Assembly (NCBI GenBank): GCA_043813745.1
Contig: JBDRKV010000027.1
Span: 1-43,566 of the forward strand
Direction: 5' to 3'
Length of the DNA: 43,566 nucleotides
DNA from: Candidatus Aenigmatarchaeota archaeon
GTDB lineage: Archaea > Aenigmatarchaeota > Aenigmatarchaeia > GW2011-AR5 > GCA-2688965
Shown: positions 9,216-17,592 of the stretch, piece after piece
Layout of the letters: each line of letters opens with the position of its first letter
How positions within the stretch are numbered: position 1 is the stretch's first letter
Notes under the pieces: model-generated
Database searches by the model: none
Seen by the model: the letters and a program-made list of their open reading frames with translations, nothing else
What the model was told of the DNA's origin: nothing
Position numbers and translations under genes: made by a program

Positions 9216-9398
9216 ATGCACAAGCATCTTGTTAGACTGGTTTGCTTTGCAGCGACCGCTGTTGTTGTAGCGCTGGTTATTGTTTATGGCACGTCTCTCC
9301 TAAAGCTCGATGGCGATGTTGGAACTAATACAGCCATTGTCGCTGCTGTACTGACTGCGTTGATTATTACAATTCTATACAAGCAACCGACAATGTAG
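9216..9398 (+). CDS. Hypothetical small membrane protein (2 TM)
   Basis: Two hydrophobic segments (LVCFAATAVVVALVIVYG, AIVAAVLTALIITILY). First ATG at 9216; the ORF track starts at GTG 9201. Confidence 0.35.
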   Translation: MHKHLVRLVCFAATAVVVALVIVYGTSLLKLDGDVGTNTAIVAAVLTALIITILYKQPTM

Positions 9399-9410
9399 AA
9401 ATAGCTCAAA

Positions 9411-10019
9411 TCATATATCGCTTGGCGTAATCTTATCCGTGTTCTTGTCCAGCTCTGCTGCTATCTGGTATAGCTGGTCTATGCTTACTAGCGATGGACT
9501 ATCTGCTGACGAGCGTGACATAACCCTTATAGTGTATTTTCCAGAACTATCTAGGAAATATAACTGGTTTCCTGCGTCCAATACGCTCGTATCAACGTAA
9601 TCAAATGAAGCCTGGCCGACTTTGTTCGTCTCATGGAAGGTGCTTGTTCCGGATTCAAACATTTTCTCGATTGCATAATAACTTGCAGCATAAATAACGT
9701 ACTTGTCGTTTGATGAGAACGTGGATGCGGATGCGCTTCCTACAGCGTCATACTGGCATTGATTTAGGACGGCGTTTTGTGATTTGTATTTTATCTGGCT
9801 TCCTATTATCTCAGTAAGCTTGGACTCTTGTATCATGTCAGCGCATACGCAGGTATGGAATTTTGCAGCACTGGTTGTCGTTGTAGCAGCTGTTGTTGGC
9901 GTGCCTGAAACACTGGTTGTAGTAGCTGTTGTAGCGACTGTTGTATTATCGCTGCTGCTGCAGCCGGATATTATCAAAACAGATGCCAAAATAAAAATAA
10001 TTGCCAATTGCTTTTTCAT
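9411..10019 (-). CDS. Lipoprotein, paralog family member 4 (Thr-rich linker)
   Basis: Signal peptide plus lipobox (LIISGC), linker TTVATTATTTSVSGTPTTAATTTTS. Shared family motifs: CADMI..SKLTEIIG, HETNKVGQASFDY, DSSGKYTI, IAAELDKNTDKIT. Confidence 0.7.
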   Translation of the reverse strand: MKKQLAIIFILASVLIISGCSSSDNTTVATTATTTSVSGTPTTAATTTTSAAKFHTCVCADMIQESKLTEIIGSQIKYKSQNAVLNQCQYDAVGSASASTFSSNDKYVIYAASYYAIEKMFESGTSTFHETNKVGQASFDYVDTSVLDAGNQLYFLDSSGKYTIRVMSRSSADSPSLVSIDQLYQIAAELDKNTDKITPSDI

Positions 10020-10029
10020 GTTATCATCC

Positions 10030-10647
10030 TTAAACGATGTTGTTCGTGTTCGCGTTGATTTCTGTTGCTATCGAGTAAAGCGTGTCCATGCCCAGCACTG
10101 TTTGAGTGCTGACAGTGCCAGACGTTAGAATTATAGTGTATTTGCCAGAGCTGTCCGCGAAGGTGACAAAGCTGCCTCCGCCTCCACTAATCATGTAATC
10201 AAAGGAAGCGGTTCCTACCTTGTTTGTTTCGTGGTAGTCCGAAACATACTGAGAGTCGGAGAATGCTAGTTTCTGGCCTGAATAGTAAGAAGCGCCAGAG
10301 TAGACTTTATAATAATTTGCCACCATTAGCCTGTCTGAAACAGTGAACTCGCAGGTTTGCGTGCCGAGTATTTCTGAATATTCCGGGTTTGCGGCTTTGT
10401 ATGTCACTGACGTGCCGATTATCTGGGTAAGCTTTGCCTCGGAAACAATGTCAGCGCATGCAAAGCTCATTGCGCCTGATGCGGTCGTGGTTGTGACACC
10501 AGCTGTTGACGTGGTGGTTTCGCCGCCTGACACGCTGGTTGTCGAAGCTGTCGTGGCTACTGTACTTGACGTGTTAGATGAGCAGCCTGCTACGACGAGC
10601 ACGGCTGCTAGAATCATGATGGATAGAAGACAGGTTTTGGTTTTCAT
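10030..10647 (-). CDS. Lipoprotein, paralog family member 3
   Basis: MKTKTCLLSIMILAAVLVVAGC lipobox, Thr/Ser linker, CADIVSEAKLTQIIG, HETNKVGTASFDY, DSSGKYTI. Start set at ATG 10647, matching the paralog at 12084 and its TATA box. Confidence 0.7.
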   Translation of the reverse strand: MKTKTCLLSIMILAAVLVVAGCSSNTSSTVATTASTTSVSGGETTTSTAGVTTTTASGAMSFACADIVSEAKLTQIIGTSVTYKAANPEYSEILGTQTCEFTVSDRLMVANYYKVYSGASYYSGQKLAFSDSQYVSDYHETNKVGTASFDYMISGGGGSFVTFADSSGKYTIILTSGTVSTQTVLGMDTLYSIATEINANTNNIV

Positions 10648-10680
10648 ACTATCTCTTAGGTTGAGGGGATATAAATAATT
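10538..10680. repeat. Dispersed direct repeat, copy A (promoter plus signal peptide plus linker of a lipoprotein gene)
   Basis: The 106-nt core 10575-10680 differs from 12012-12117 at 5 positions by manual alignment. A further identical 20-mer occurs at 10538-10557 and 11972-11991. Confidence 0.9.
10669..10678 (-). promoter_or_regulatory. TATA-like box (TTATTTATAT) of lipoprotein gene 10030..10647; an identical copy lies upstream of 11524..12084
   Basis: It lies 22-31 nt upstream of ATG 10647. The same sequence occurs at about 12106-12115, upstream of ATG 12084. Confidence 0.45.
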
Positions 10681-10697
10681 AAAAATTCGCTTTTCGT

Positions 10698-11519
10698 TCA
10701 ACCAATATTTGAATGTATGACTTCCGCGAACTCGTAGGCTACTGCAAAAGCATCGTCCTCGGTTATGTAATCCTTTCCGACTTCCACTACTACTGTGTAC
10801 TTTCCGCTGTTGTCAACGAATTCAACACGGTGCTTGCCTGCATAATCGTACTGCAGAGATGCTTTGCCTACTTTGTTCGTTTCAATATAATTAGTCATGC
10901 CTGTGCTAGAGCCTCTGTCATGGCTGTACTTGTGCGTGCAATATAATGCCACAGGCCACACTTGATAGTGTGGTTCTATTTCTCCTATGTAACCCGTGTA
11001 TCTTTGCGTTTGTGTGAGCTTGTCGTAGTCTGTTTCTGTGTAGATGTCACGGTATATGGCTATGCTCATTACACAATGATATCCTCCGCTGGCTTCTGCG
11101 CGCGGCGCTACTTCTGAATAAGCGCGCCTTGCATTAAACACGCCGCCAACCGGGTAATATGAACCGCCAATGCCTGCGTCGCTGTTCAGTATGCTTATAA
11201 TTGCCGCATCAGGCAATAAGTCAGCGCATCTGAAATTGATGGCCGGCAGGGCTGTTATTAATGCGTTTAATTCTACGAAGTCGCTTGAAGGGCAGAATGA
11301 TGGCAGCGACGACGATCCGACTGTGGTTGCTATGCTTGTCGCGCCGTCTATGATAGATGTAGCGGGATTATCATTGATTGTAGATGGATTCAATCCATTA
11401 CCAATTAATGTGCAGTTTGCAGTGCCGTTGGTGCAGTTCTTCAAATTATTGTTCGCGCATCCGGATACTAATAAAATCGTACTCAGCAAAACCAAGAAAA
11501 AAAGTTTTTGCGTTTTCAT
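10698..11519 (-). CDS. Lipoprotein, paralog family member 2 (longer, divergent N-terminal region)
   Basis: Lipobox LLVSGC. Retains the family motifs RCADLLPDAAIISIL, IETNKVGKASLQYDY, DNSGKYTV. Confidence 0.7.
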   Translation of the reverse strand: MKTQKLFFLVLLSTILLVSGCANNNLKNCTNGTANCTLIGNGLNPSTINDNPATSIIDGATSIATTVGSSSLPSFCPSSDFVELNALITALPAINFRCADLLPDAAIISILNSDAGIGGSYYPVGGVFNARRAYSEVAPRAEASGGYHCVMSIAIYRDIYTETDYDKLTQTQRYTGYIGEIEPHYQVWPVALYCTHKYSHDRGSSTGMTNYIETNKVGKASLQYDYAGKHRVEFVDNSGKYTVVVEVGKDYITEDDAFAVAYEFAEVIHSNIG

Positions 11520-11523
11520 TGAA

Positions 11524-12084
11524 TCACGTTTGTGTTATTTTGTCTGTGTTCTTGTCTATCTCCGCAGCTATCAGGTACCCCTGGTCTACAGTGCTTATCA
11601 TGTTCACTAAAATAGTGTATTTATCGTCTGTGCTAAGAACCGTTACAACCGGCGAGTCATACAAATTATATTGAAATGATGCCTTGCCGGCTCTGTTTGT
11701 TTCAAGATAATTTGTTACGTGCTCTTGCGTATCTATGGTATTTTTTGTATTAGTGTATAGACTTGATTCAAAGATACCGTAACCGTATGCGGCAGAATTG
11801 AAAAGGAATGAACAAACCCCGCGATTCGGCGTTGCCCTTATATATCTCCCACCGCTACCTCCCAATATTTCCGAAAACTTTTCTGCTGATATGAGATCCG
11901 CGCAGTTGAAAGACAGTGCTCCTGTTGTGGTTGTGGCTGTTCCACTGACAGTCGTAGTGGAATCCGCGTTTGTTGTCGAAGCTGTCGTGGCCACAGTAGT
12001 CGTGTCATTACTAGATGAGCAGCCTGCTACGACGAGCACGGCTGCGAGAATTATGATGGATAGAAGATAGGTTTTAGTTTTCAT
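11524..12084 (-). CDS. Lipoprotein, paralog family member 1
   Basis: MKTKTYLLSIIILAAVLVVAGC lipobox, Thr-rich linker, NCADLISAEKFSEILG, LETNRAGKASFQY, IAAEIDKNTDKIT. Confidence 0.7.
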   Translation of the reverse strand: MKTKTYLLSIIILAAVLVVAGCSSSNDTTTVATTASTTNADSTTTVSGTATTTTGALSFNCADLISAEKFSEILGGSGGRYIRATPNRGVCSFLFNSAAYGYGIFESSLYTNTKNTIDTQEHVTNYLETNRAGKASFQYNLYDSPVVTVLSTDDKYTILVNMISTVDQGYLIAAEIDKNTDKITQT

Positions 12085-12117
12085 ACTATTTCTTAGGTTG
12101 AGGGGATATAAATAATT
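11972..12117. repeat. Dispersed direct repeat, copy B
   Basis: See copy A. Confidence 0.9.
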
Positions 12118-12121
12118 GAAA

Positions 12122-13333
12122 TTACTTCATTTTGATCTGCCAGGGCTGCTTGTTTTTGCTAACTATCGTTCTTAGCGACGTTGACGAACGTTTTCGTTTT
12201 GCGAGCTGCATGAGCAAAGGCGTGGCGATTATCGTAAGTAGCACGACGCCCATGACTATGGAAAACACGTCTCTGCTGATTGCTCCGACTGTCAGGGCTA
12301 TCTGCGATATCACTAAAGCGTATTCTCCGCGCGGCACCATGGCTGTCCCGATTATAAATAACTCCCGTTTTTTGATGCCAAAATACCTGCCTGTAAGCAG
12401 GACGCCTACGAGCTTGCCTGCTATGGCCAATACTGTCAACACTAATATGGGCACGATGAACGCATGCAATGCATTGAGGTCAACAGACATGCCTGTGTAC
12501 GCAAAGAACAGCGGTATGAACAGGCCATAACCAATGGTCTTTACTTTCGGCACTATTACTGGAGACACGAAGGAGTTCTTTGATAGTATAAGCCCGGCCA
12601 GGAACGCGCCAGTCACTGCCGCGACGCCTATCTTTTCACTGATTGCTGCCACGATAAACAGAACCACGAGAGCAAGCGAGAATATCGCCTGCTCGTCGCG
12701 CATTTTCTGGCCAATGCTCACAAGCTTGTTGACTATTTTCGTTCCGACAGACGCGAGCACTATGAAGAAACCCAGTATCATCAGGACGAGCTTTGTTGCG
12801 TCATCAAACACGATGTTTCCTGATGTTATGTATGCTGTCAATATCGCCAAGGCAGCCACAGCCATCACGTCGTCTGACATCATGACTGCTAAAACCTTTT
12901 TGCCATTGGCTGTTTCGATTTCGCCAATGTCAACCATTGAGCGTACTGCTACGGCCGTGCTAGAGGAGATGATTGCAACTGCTATGAATACGGCTGTGAG
13001 CTGGTCCTGGAAGAATATCATTCCGAACGCATAGCCTAAAACCGCGGACAACGCTCCGCCTGCTATGCACAATGCAACGCCTGTGTATGCCTCGTTCTTT
13101 ATGTCCTCTATCCTGGACGATAGCCCGCTGAGGAACAACAAAAATAATATGCCGAATGAAAGCAGGTCTCCGAACTGGCTGCCTATGTTAATCAGGTGGA
13201 ACAGCGGACCGACAACAATGCCTGCAAAGATTTCTCCGACAATAGGCGATATGCGCAGCCTGGCTGCTGCCTCTCCGAATATTTTTGCAGCAAGCAGCAA
13301 CACCGCAATGCCGATGAGTATTGTTGCATCCAC
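12122..13333 (-). CDS. Cation:proton antiporter (CPA2/Kef-NapA type Na+/H+ exchanger family)
   Basis: 403 aa polytopic protein. The N-terminus ILIGIAVLLLAAKIFGEAAARLRISPIVGEIFAGIVVGP is characteristic of the Na+/H+ exchanger family. Confidence 0.85.
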   Translation of the reverse strand: MDATILIGIAVLLLAAKIFGEAAARLRISPIVGEIFAGIVVGPLFHLINIGSQFGDLLSFGILFLLFLSGLSSRIEDIKNEAYTGVALCIAGGALSAVLGYAFGMIFFQDQLTAVFIAVAIISSSTAVAVRSMVDIGEIETANGKKVLAVMMSDDVMAVAALAILTAYITSGNIVFDDATKLVLMILGFFIVLASVGTKIVNKLVSIGQKMRDEQAIFSLALVVLFIVAAISEKIGVAAVTGAFLAGLILSKNSFVSPVIVPKVKTIGYGLFIPLFFAYTGMSVDLNALHAFIVPILVLTVLAIAGKLVGVLLTGRYFGIKKRELFIIGTAMVPRGEYALVISQIALTVGAISRDVFSIVMGVVLLTIIATPLLMQLAKRKRSSTSLRTIVSKNKQPWQIKMK

Positions 13334-13334
13334 T

Positions 13335-13745
13335 TCATATCATCTCCTTGAAGATGTCCAAAACATTGAGAACTCCGACAAAAACGCCATTGTCAACAAC
13401 AGGTATGTGCGTCATGCTGTTTGTCGCGATTAGCTTTATCACTTCTTCTATCTGCGTATTCTTTTCCACGACAATAGGGTGTGTGGTCATTATCTCTGAA
13501 ACGACTTTCTTGCCGACGCGCTCTGGAATGTTGGAGGCAATGACTGCTTCCATGGACATCATGGGCTCTATCCTGACGAGCTTGAGTATGTCCTTTTCAG
13601 AAACAACGCCTGCTAGCAAATTTTCTTCTAGGACAACCGCGAAGTCTGTCTTGCAGGACGCGAATTTTTTTATGAGCTCGACCACGGTTGTATTTGGCGA
13701 TACTGCTAGCATATCCTTACTGACTATTGATTCTAGGTTTTCCAT
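13335..13745 (-). CDS. CBS-domain pair protein
   Basis: 136 aa with two CBS-like units (...VVSEKDILK..., ...IPVVDNGVFVGVLNVLDIFK). Its stop is 1 nt from the antiporter start. Confidence 0.85.
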   Translation of the reverse strand: MENLESIVSKDMLAVSPNTTVVELIKKFASCKTDFAVVLEENLLAGVVSEKDILKLVRIEPMMSMEAVIASNIPERVGKKVVSEIMTTHPIVVEKNTQIEEVIKLIATNSMTHIPVVDNGVFVGVLNVLDIFKEMI

Positions 13746-13833
13746 ATTATCGCGCTCTAAAAATAGTCTGACGACAGGAAAGAATGAAAAATGGAAAATA
13801 AATAAAAAGAAGGCAAATAAATGCCTTGCTTCC

Positions 13834-14883
13834 TTAAACTACGATTTCTATACCGAGCTCTTGCGAAAGCTTGCTCTTTGCCATGGGGCTGCTTTCCGCG
13901 AGCATGGAACGCCCGGTTATGTGCGGTGAGTGCACGCCGGTCACGATTGTTATGACCTGCAGCTTGCCGCGCAGTTCTGGTAGGATTCTCGCGCCCCACA
14001 TGACTGTTGCATTTGGATTCATGTGCGAGGAGATATACTCTCCTATGACAGCGATTTCATCCAGCTTCATGTCTTCGCCGCCGATAACCTGTATCAGGGC
14101 GCCTGTTGCTCCGTGGTAGTCTGCGTCGAGCAACGGATGGTTCATGGCTTTCTTCACTGCATACATGGCCCGATCGTCCATGTCGCTGTCTGCTTCGCCG
14201 TATCCTATGGTTGCAACGCCGCCGTGCTTCATGATTGCCTTCACGTCAGCAAAGTCCAGGTTGACTAACGATGGCTGGCTTATGGTTTCTGTAATGCCCT
14301 TTATCATCGTTGCTATCAAGCTGTCTGCAACGCCGAACGCCTCTTTCAACGGCCGGTTTCCTGCTAGCTCGACCAAGCGCTGGTTTTCTATGGCTATCAC
14401 TGTATCGCAGAACTTTCTCAGCTCATCCAGGCCTTCTTCTGCTTTTCCTATTCTCGCGCCTTCAATCTTGAAGGGTAGCGTGACCGTGCCAATGACTATT
14501 GTTCCTAGTTCCTTGGCATATCTCGCTATCACTGGCGCAGAGCCCGTGCCTGTGCCGCCGCCTAGTCCGCAGGTAATGAACAGCAGATCGCAGTCTTTGA
14601 GCAGTTCTTTGATTTCGCTCTTGGATTCTTCTGCTGCTTTCTTGCCTATGTCTGGATATCCTCCTGCTCCTAGTCCCTTTGTAAGTTCCTTTCCGATAAG
14701 GACCTTCTTGTGGGCTTTTATCGACGCCAAATGTCGCGCGTCTGTGTTCAGGGCCACGGTTGCCGCACCCTGGACGTTCATTTCTGTCAGCCGATTTATG
14801 GTATTGCAGCCGCCTCCACCGCATCCGAACACCATGATCTTTGCTCTGTGCGCTTCGAACTCGGTTTTTTCATCGATATACAT
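13834..14883 (-). CDS. ftsZ: Cell division GTPase FtsZ
   Basis: FGCGGGGCN, tubulin signature GLGGGTGTGSAPV, NTDARHL. Start set at ATG 14883 (MYIDEK), preceded by AGGAGG. Confidence 0.95.
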   Translation of the reverse strand: MYIDEKTEFEAHRAKIMVFGCGGGGCNTINRLTEMNVQGAATVALNTDARHLASIKAHKKVLIGKELTKGLGAGGYPDIGKKAAEESKSEIKELLKDCDLLFITCGLGGGTGTGSAPVIARYAKELGTIVIGTVTLPFKIEGARIGKAEEGLDELRKFCDTVIAIENQRLVELAGNRPLKEAFGVADSLIATMIKGITETISQPSLVNLDFADVKAIMKHGGVATIGYGEADSDMDDRAMYAVKKAMNHPLLDADYHGATGALIQVIGGEDMKLDEIAVIGEYISSHMNPNATVMWGARILPELRGKLQVITIVTGVHSPHITGRSMLAESSPMAKSKLSQELGIEIVV

Positions 14884-14989
14884 TATTCTTCCTCCTGTGT
14901 ACTTTTTCTGGAAAACATATAACACATATTTTCCAGTGAATAAATGCTTATAAACATGCGGAGGCATTTATTCTATTAACTAAAAAGAA

Positions 14990-15012
14990 AAAGAGTTTTT
15001 GCAGAACTCTTT
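14990..15012 (-). terminator. Hairpin plus T-run downstream of gene 15140..15781
   Basis: AAAGAGTT/AACTCTTT 8-bp stem. On the minus strand it is followed by TTTTTCTTTTT. Confidence 0.4.
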
Positions 15013-15139
15013 TGCCGATGACGAAAGTAGTATCGGTTGAAATTTGGTCTTGTCTAAATTCTTTATTGTTTTCGGGGTGTATATAAAGACTGGTCAGTAT
15101 CAAAAGTATATTTTCAAGAATATAGAATTATGAAATTTT

Positions 15140-15781
15140 TTAGCTTTTGATGGATGCATCTCCAATTTCATATAGCGCGTCGCGTTGATGCGACAAAATA
15201 ACTGGAATTTGTATGGCTTCTTGATCTGGCTCCTCATCCAACCAACGCAAGTTCCTTATGGCTTGTGCTAGCGGCACTGGGAGTAGCTTTTTTCCACGAT
15301 CTTTTATCAAGGCTAAGCGCCCATCTTTATCTGCCACTGGCAATTTTGTCCTAACCCGCCTGCGCATCTGATGTATGGCTCTTACCGGACATTCGTGCGA
15401 TTGCCACTTTTCTGCGCAATCGCGCAAATCATCGATACCTTTTCCATTTCGCAGGAACATCTCGTAAACCGGGCTTCTTGGTTTGAGCTCTTTCGCACTC
15501 ATGCTTGGGCGCCTTGTCAGCATGTACATGCATCTTGCAAATGTTTTCGCAAGTTCTGAAGGCGTGTAGTGCATATTCGGTATGCGCGGCTCACAACCAG
15601 CCATCCGGCGCAGTTGAGCAAAAGTAACTCCATGCGTTCTGAGATATTCTGTGTGTGCTTTGACTGGTATGGATTCCTTCCACAAATCCTCTTCAGAACT
15701 ATTCGGATATTCTCTAATAAGCCCGATTATTTCAGCTGTTCTTTCTTCTATAAGTCTGCCTGTGCCGTAATCGCGTCCCAT
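15140..15781 (-). CDS. Hypothetical protein (213 aa) with two weakly similar ~50-aa helical units
   Basis: Clean ORF divergent from the Cas4-like gene. The units around AHTEYLRTHGVTFAQLRRMAG and SPVYEMFLRNGKGIDDLRDCA loosely resemble homing-endonuclease-associated repeats. This is a weak impression only. Confidence 0.55.
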   Translation of the reverse strand: MGRDYGTGRLIEERTAEIIGLIREYPNSSEEDLWKESIPVKAHTEYLRTHGVTFAQLRRMAGCEPRIPNMHYTPSELAKTFARCMYMLTRRPSMSAKELKPRSPVYEMFLRNGKGIDDLRDCAEKWQSHECPVRAIHQMRRRVRTKLPVADKDGRLALIKDRGKKLLPVPLAQAIRNLRWLDEEPDQEAIQIPVILSHQRDALYEIGDASIKS

Positions 15782-15802
15782 TCTCCCACTTTAGTGGGAG
15801 AA
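15781..15802. promoter_or_regulatory. Perfect palindrome TTCTCCCAC-TTTA-GTGGGAGAA between TATA box and start codon
   Basis: 9-bp arms with a 4-nt spacer. It overlaps ATG 15781 of the minus-strand gene. TATA-like ATTTAAATG lies just upstream at 15805-15813. Confidence 0.45.
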
Positions 15803-15899
15803 CATTTAAATGTGTTTTACAGGAGGCAGTTTCATAACATCGTTATCAGAATAAATTGAACATTAAAGTTTTCAATATTAATTTATCTCTGGTGTTCTC

Positions 15900-16550
15900 A
15901 TGGTACTAGTAGAACTGATTGATAAATTCTATATACGGTGCGACAGGCCAAAAGAGCGCAACTATTTTTATATATCAGAAGTGGACAAATGCCAAAGGGC
16001 TATATTTTTCAGCGTAAAGGGCGTACCGTGCGCGGCAATGGAGCCGCGCGTGTCGCGCATACTGGACCAAGGCGACCATGTGCACATGCGTTTGATGTCA
16101 GCCATGTATGGGTTAGGAATCATTACTGCTTCAGAAATAAAGATTCCGGAGACCGAGCTGTTCCACGGCCGGGCTGACGGCATAGCGAACATCAACGGCG
16201 AGAATTATGTGGTAGAGATGAAGAGCATATCGCCGTTCGGATTCAAAAAAACCGTGGACGCGCCTAAAGTAGAACACTTGAAACAACTTCAACTATACTT
16301 GAATTACTTCAACATGCAAAAAGGCATTATTTTGATGGAAAACAAGGGAGACCAGGAACTCAAGGAATTCGTTGTTGAAAAAAACGACTTATTGATAAAA
16401 AAGATCCTGCGGGACTTCGAAGCCTTGCGCGAAATGATTGGACGAAACGAAACGCCTAAAATTCCTGACAGAACCCTATGGGAATACGACAAGTGCGGAT
16501 ACTGCCCGTACAAGGAACATTGCGGTAATGTGGCGAAGCAGGGGATTTGA
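15900..16550 (+). CDS. Cas4-like PD-(D/E)XK nuclease with 4-Cys (Fe-S) signature; no CRISPR locus nearby
   Basis: N-terminal Cys (EVDKCQRAIFF), GRADGI ... VVEMKS (D, ExK), QLQLY (QhxxY), C-terminal CGYCPYKEHC (C-x2-C-x5-C). Confidence 0.8.
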   Translation: MVLVELIDKFYIRCDRPKERNYFYISEVDKCQRAIFFSVKGVPCAAMEPRVSRILDQGDHVHMRLMSAMYGLGIITASEIKIPETELFHGRADGIANINGENYVVEMKSISPFGFKKTVDAPKVEHLKQLQLYLNYFNMQKGIILMENKGDQELKEFVVEKNDLLIKKILRDFEALREMIGRNETPKIPDRTLWEYDKCGYCPYKEHCGNVAKQGI

Positions 16551-16685
16551 AAGCGTAGCTTATTTGCCTAAAATTTAAGTAGGGCGATGGTGGGTTAATT
16601 TAATCACTTCATTAGAAACTTCTTCTGACTTATCATGCATTACTTCAAAAAATTTATATATAGCGCCTGCGCGCAATAATATAGC

Positions 16686-17195
16686 ATGCTGCACTGCTCG
16701 ATATGCCACAATCACGACGACTTCCTGGAAAGCTGCGTATCCTGCGGTCTCAAGTTTTGCTCTTCATGCCACACGCATGGAATTGTCGGGCGTTTCTGCA
16801 AGTCATGCGGCGAGCACATCAAAGAGAAGATCTATGGCAATCCTCAATTCCTTTTATCTATGCCTGAGCCAGCGATGTCCAAGCGTGAAAAACTGCTGCT
16901 GAAGTTTGACGAGATAGACATGACACAAAAAGAGAAATTACACATTGCGTTCCCTGACAACCTGCTTGAAGGATACAAGCGCGAGCAGTTGCATGTGGCT
17001 ATGCCTAAGACGCTTATGGAAAAGTCTGTCATGCACATGGCATTCCCTGAGCTGCAGATGCAGCCGCACAATGAAGAGCTGCATATGACGTTTGACGAAA
17101 ATCTGCTAAAGAAGGAAGCAACAGAACTTCATCTAATGTTTCCTGAAAATTATTTGAAAAAAGATCTGCTTACTGAGATGGCTTTAAAAAGCTGA
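16686..17195 (+). CDS. Double zinc-ribbon protein with five ~16-aa ELHxxFPxNLL repeats
   Basis: N-terminus CSIC..CVSC..CSSC..CKSC, then KLHIAFPDNLL / QLHVAMPKTLM / VMHMAFPELQM / ELHMTFDENLL / ELHLMFPENYL. TATA-like TTTATATATA lies about 25 nt upstream. Confidence 0.6.
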   Translation: MLHCSICHNHDDFLESCVSCGLKFCSSCHTHGIVGRFCKSCGEHIKEKIYGNPQFLLSMPEPAMSKREKLLLKFDEIDMTQKEKLHIAFPDNLLEGYKREQLHVAMPKTLMEKSVMHMAFPELQMQPHNEELHMTFDENLLKKEATELHLMFPENYLKKDLLTEMALKS

Positions 17196-17211
17196 CATCA
17201 TTAATCAATTT

Positions 17212-17592
17212 ATGATAACGTATCTTGCCAGACACTTCTGGGATCCTAATTTTTCCTGGGAAGAAGATTTGAAACAAACGAAAGAAGATTTTAAAAAAAT
17301 CGGCACGGATTTGTATTATGCAACAGTATTCACTTTGCTTGGGTGTGCTTTCAAATTGGCAATAGATACATATGCTCTTGGTTTACAAATCGAATATGGA
17401 AGTGGTGATAATTTTTCACTGACTGCTTCTAGAATTCATAAATCAGATATGAGAAGGATACGTCTGGAAAGATATTTTGAACAAATCGCAAAGCAATTGG
17501 AATCTCGCTTGGAGAGAGAGGGACTTGGCGACTTGACAGATCAAGAAATAAAAGAGACCGTACAGCGGCTGAATGAATCAGGACTTGAATAG
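17212..17592 (+). CDS. Hypothetical protein (126 aa); in-frame TAG followed by a conserved tail
   Basis: ORF track entry. After TAG 17590-17592 the same frame reads FFMLTDMALKS*, echoing the LLTEMALKS* end of the upstream gene. Confidence 0.5.
   Translation: MITYLARHFWDPNFSWEEDLKQTKEDFKKIGTDLYYATVFTLLGCAFKLAIDTYALGLQIEYGSGDNFSLTASRIHKSDMRRIRLERYFEQIAKQLESRLEREGLGDLTDQEIKETVQRLNESGLE

Noticed and set aside
14144-14953. 269-aa plus-strand ORF, and similar long antisense ORFs: 13321..13929, 12534..13034, 12132..12530, 18579..19103, 19313..19789, 20740..21159, 38037..38579, 39435..39833, 41890..42417, 4199..4648, 5359..5790
   Set aside because: Each lies antisense to, or out of frame within, a gene with strong family motifs (ftsZ, CBS, antiporter, mre11, rad50, deoxyribosyltransferase, methyltransferase, nrdJ). 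Their sequences are low-complexity or Ser/Leu/Arg-biased, as expected for shadow ORFs.
14884-14967. N-terminal extensions of track ORFs. The same issue arises at 641-688, 6318-6371, 8179-8202, 10648-10701, 18501-18605, 40935-40982 and 41906-41944.
   Set aside because: The extensions contain the gene's own TATA-like box or Shine-Dalgarno-like motif, or start at non-ATG codons. The conserved protein N-termini begin at the internal ATG.
17590-17592. Genome-wide reassignment of TAG to a sense codon
   Set aside because: TAG terminates rtcB at its conserved C-terminus (...ISIKG*) and also ends the MFS gene. Any readthrough at 17590 would have to be local.
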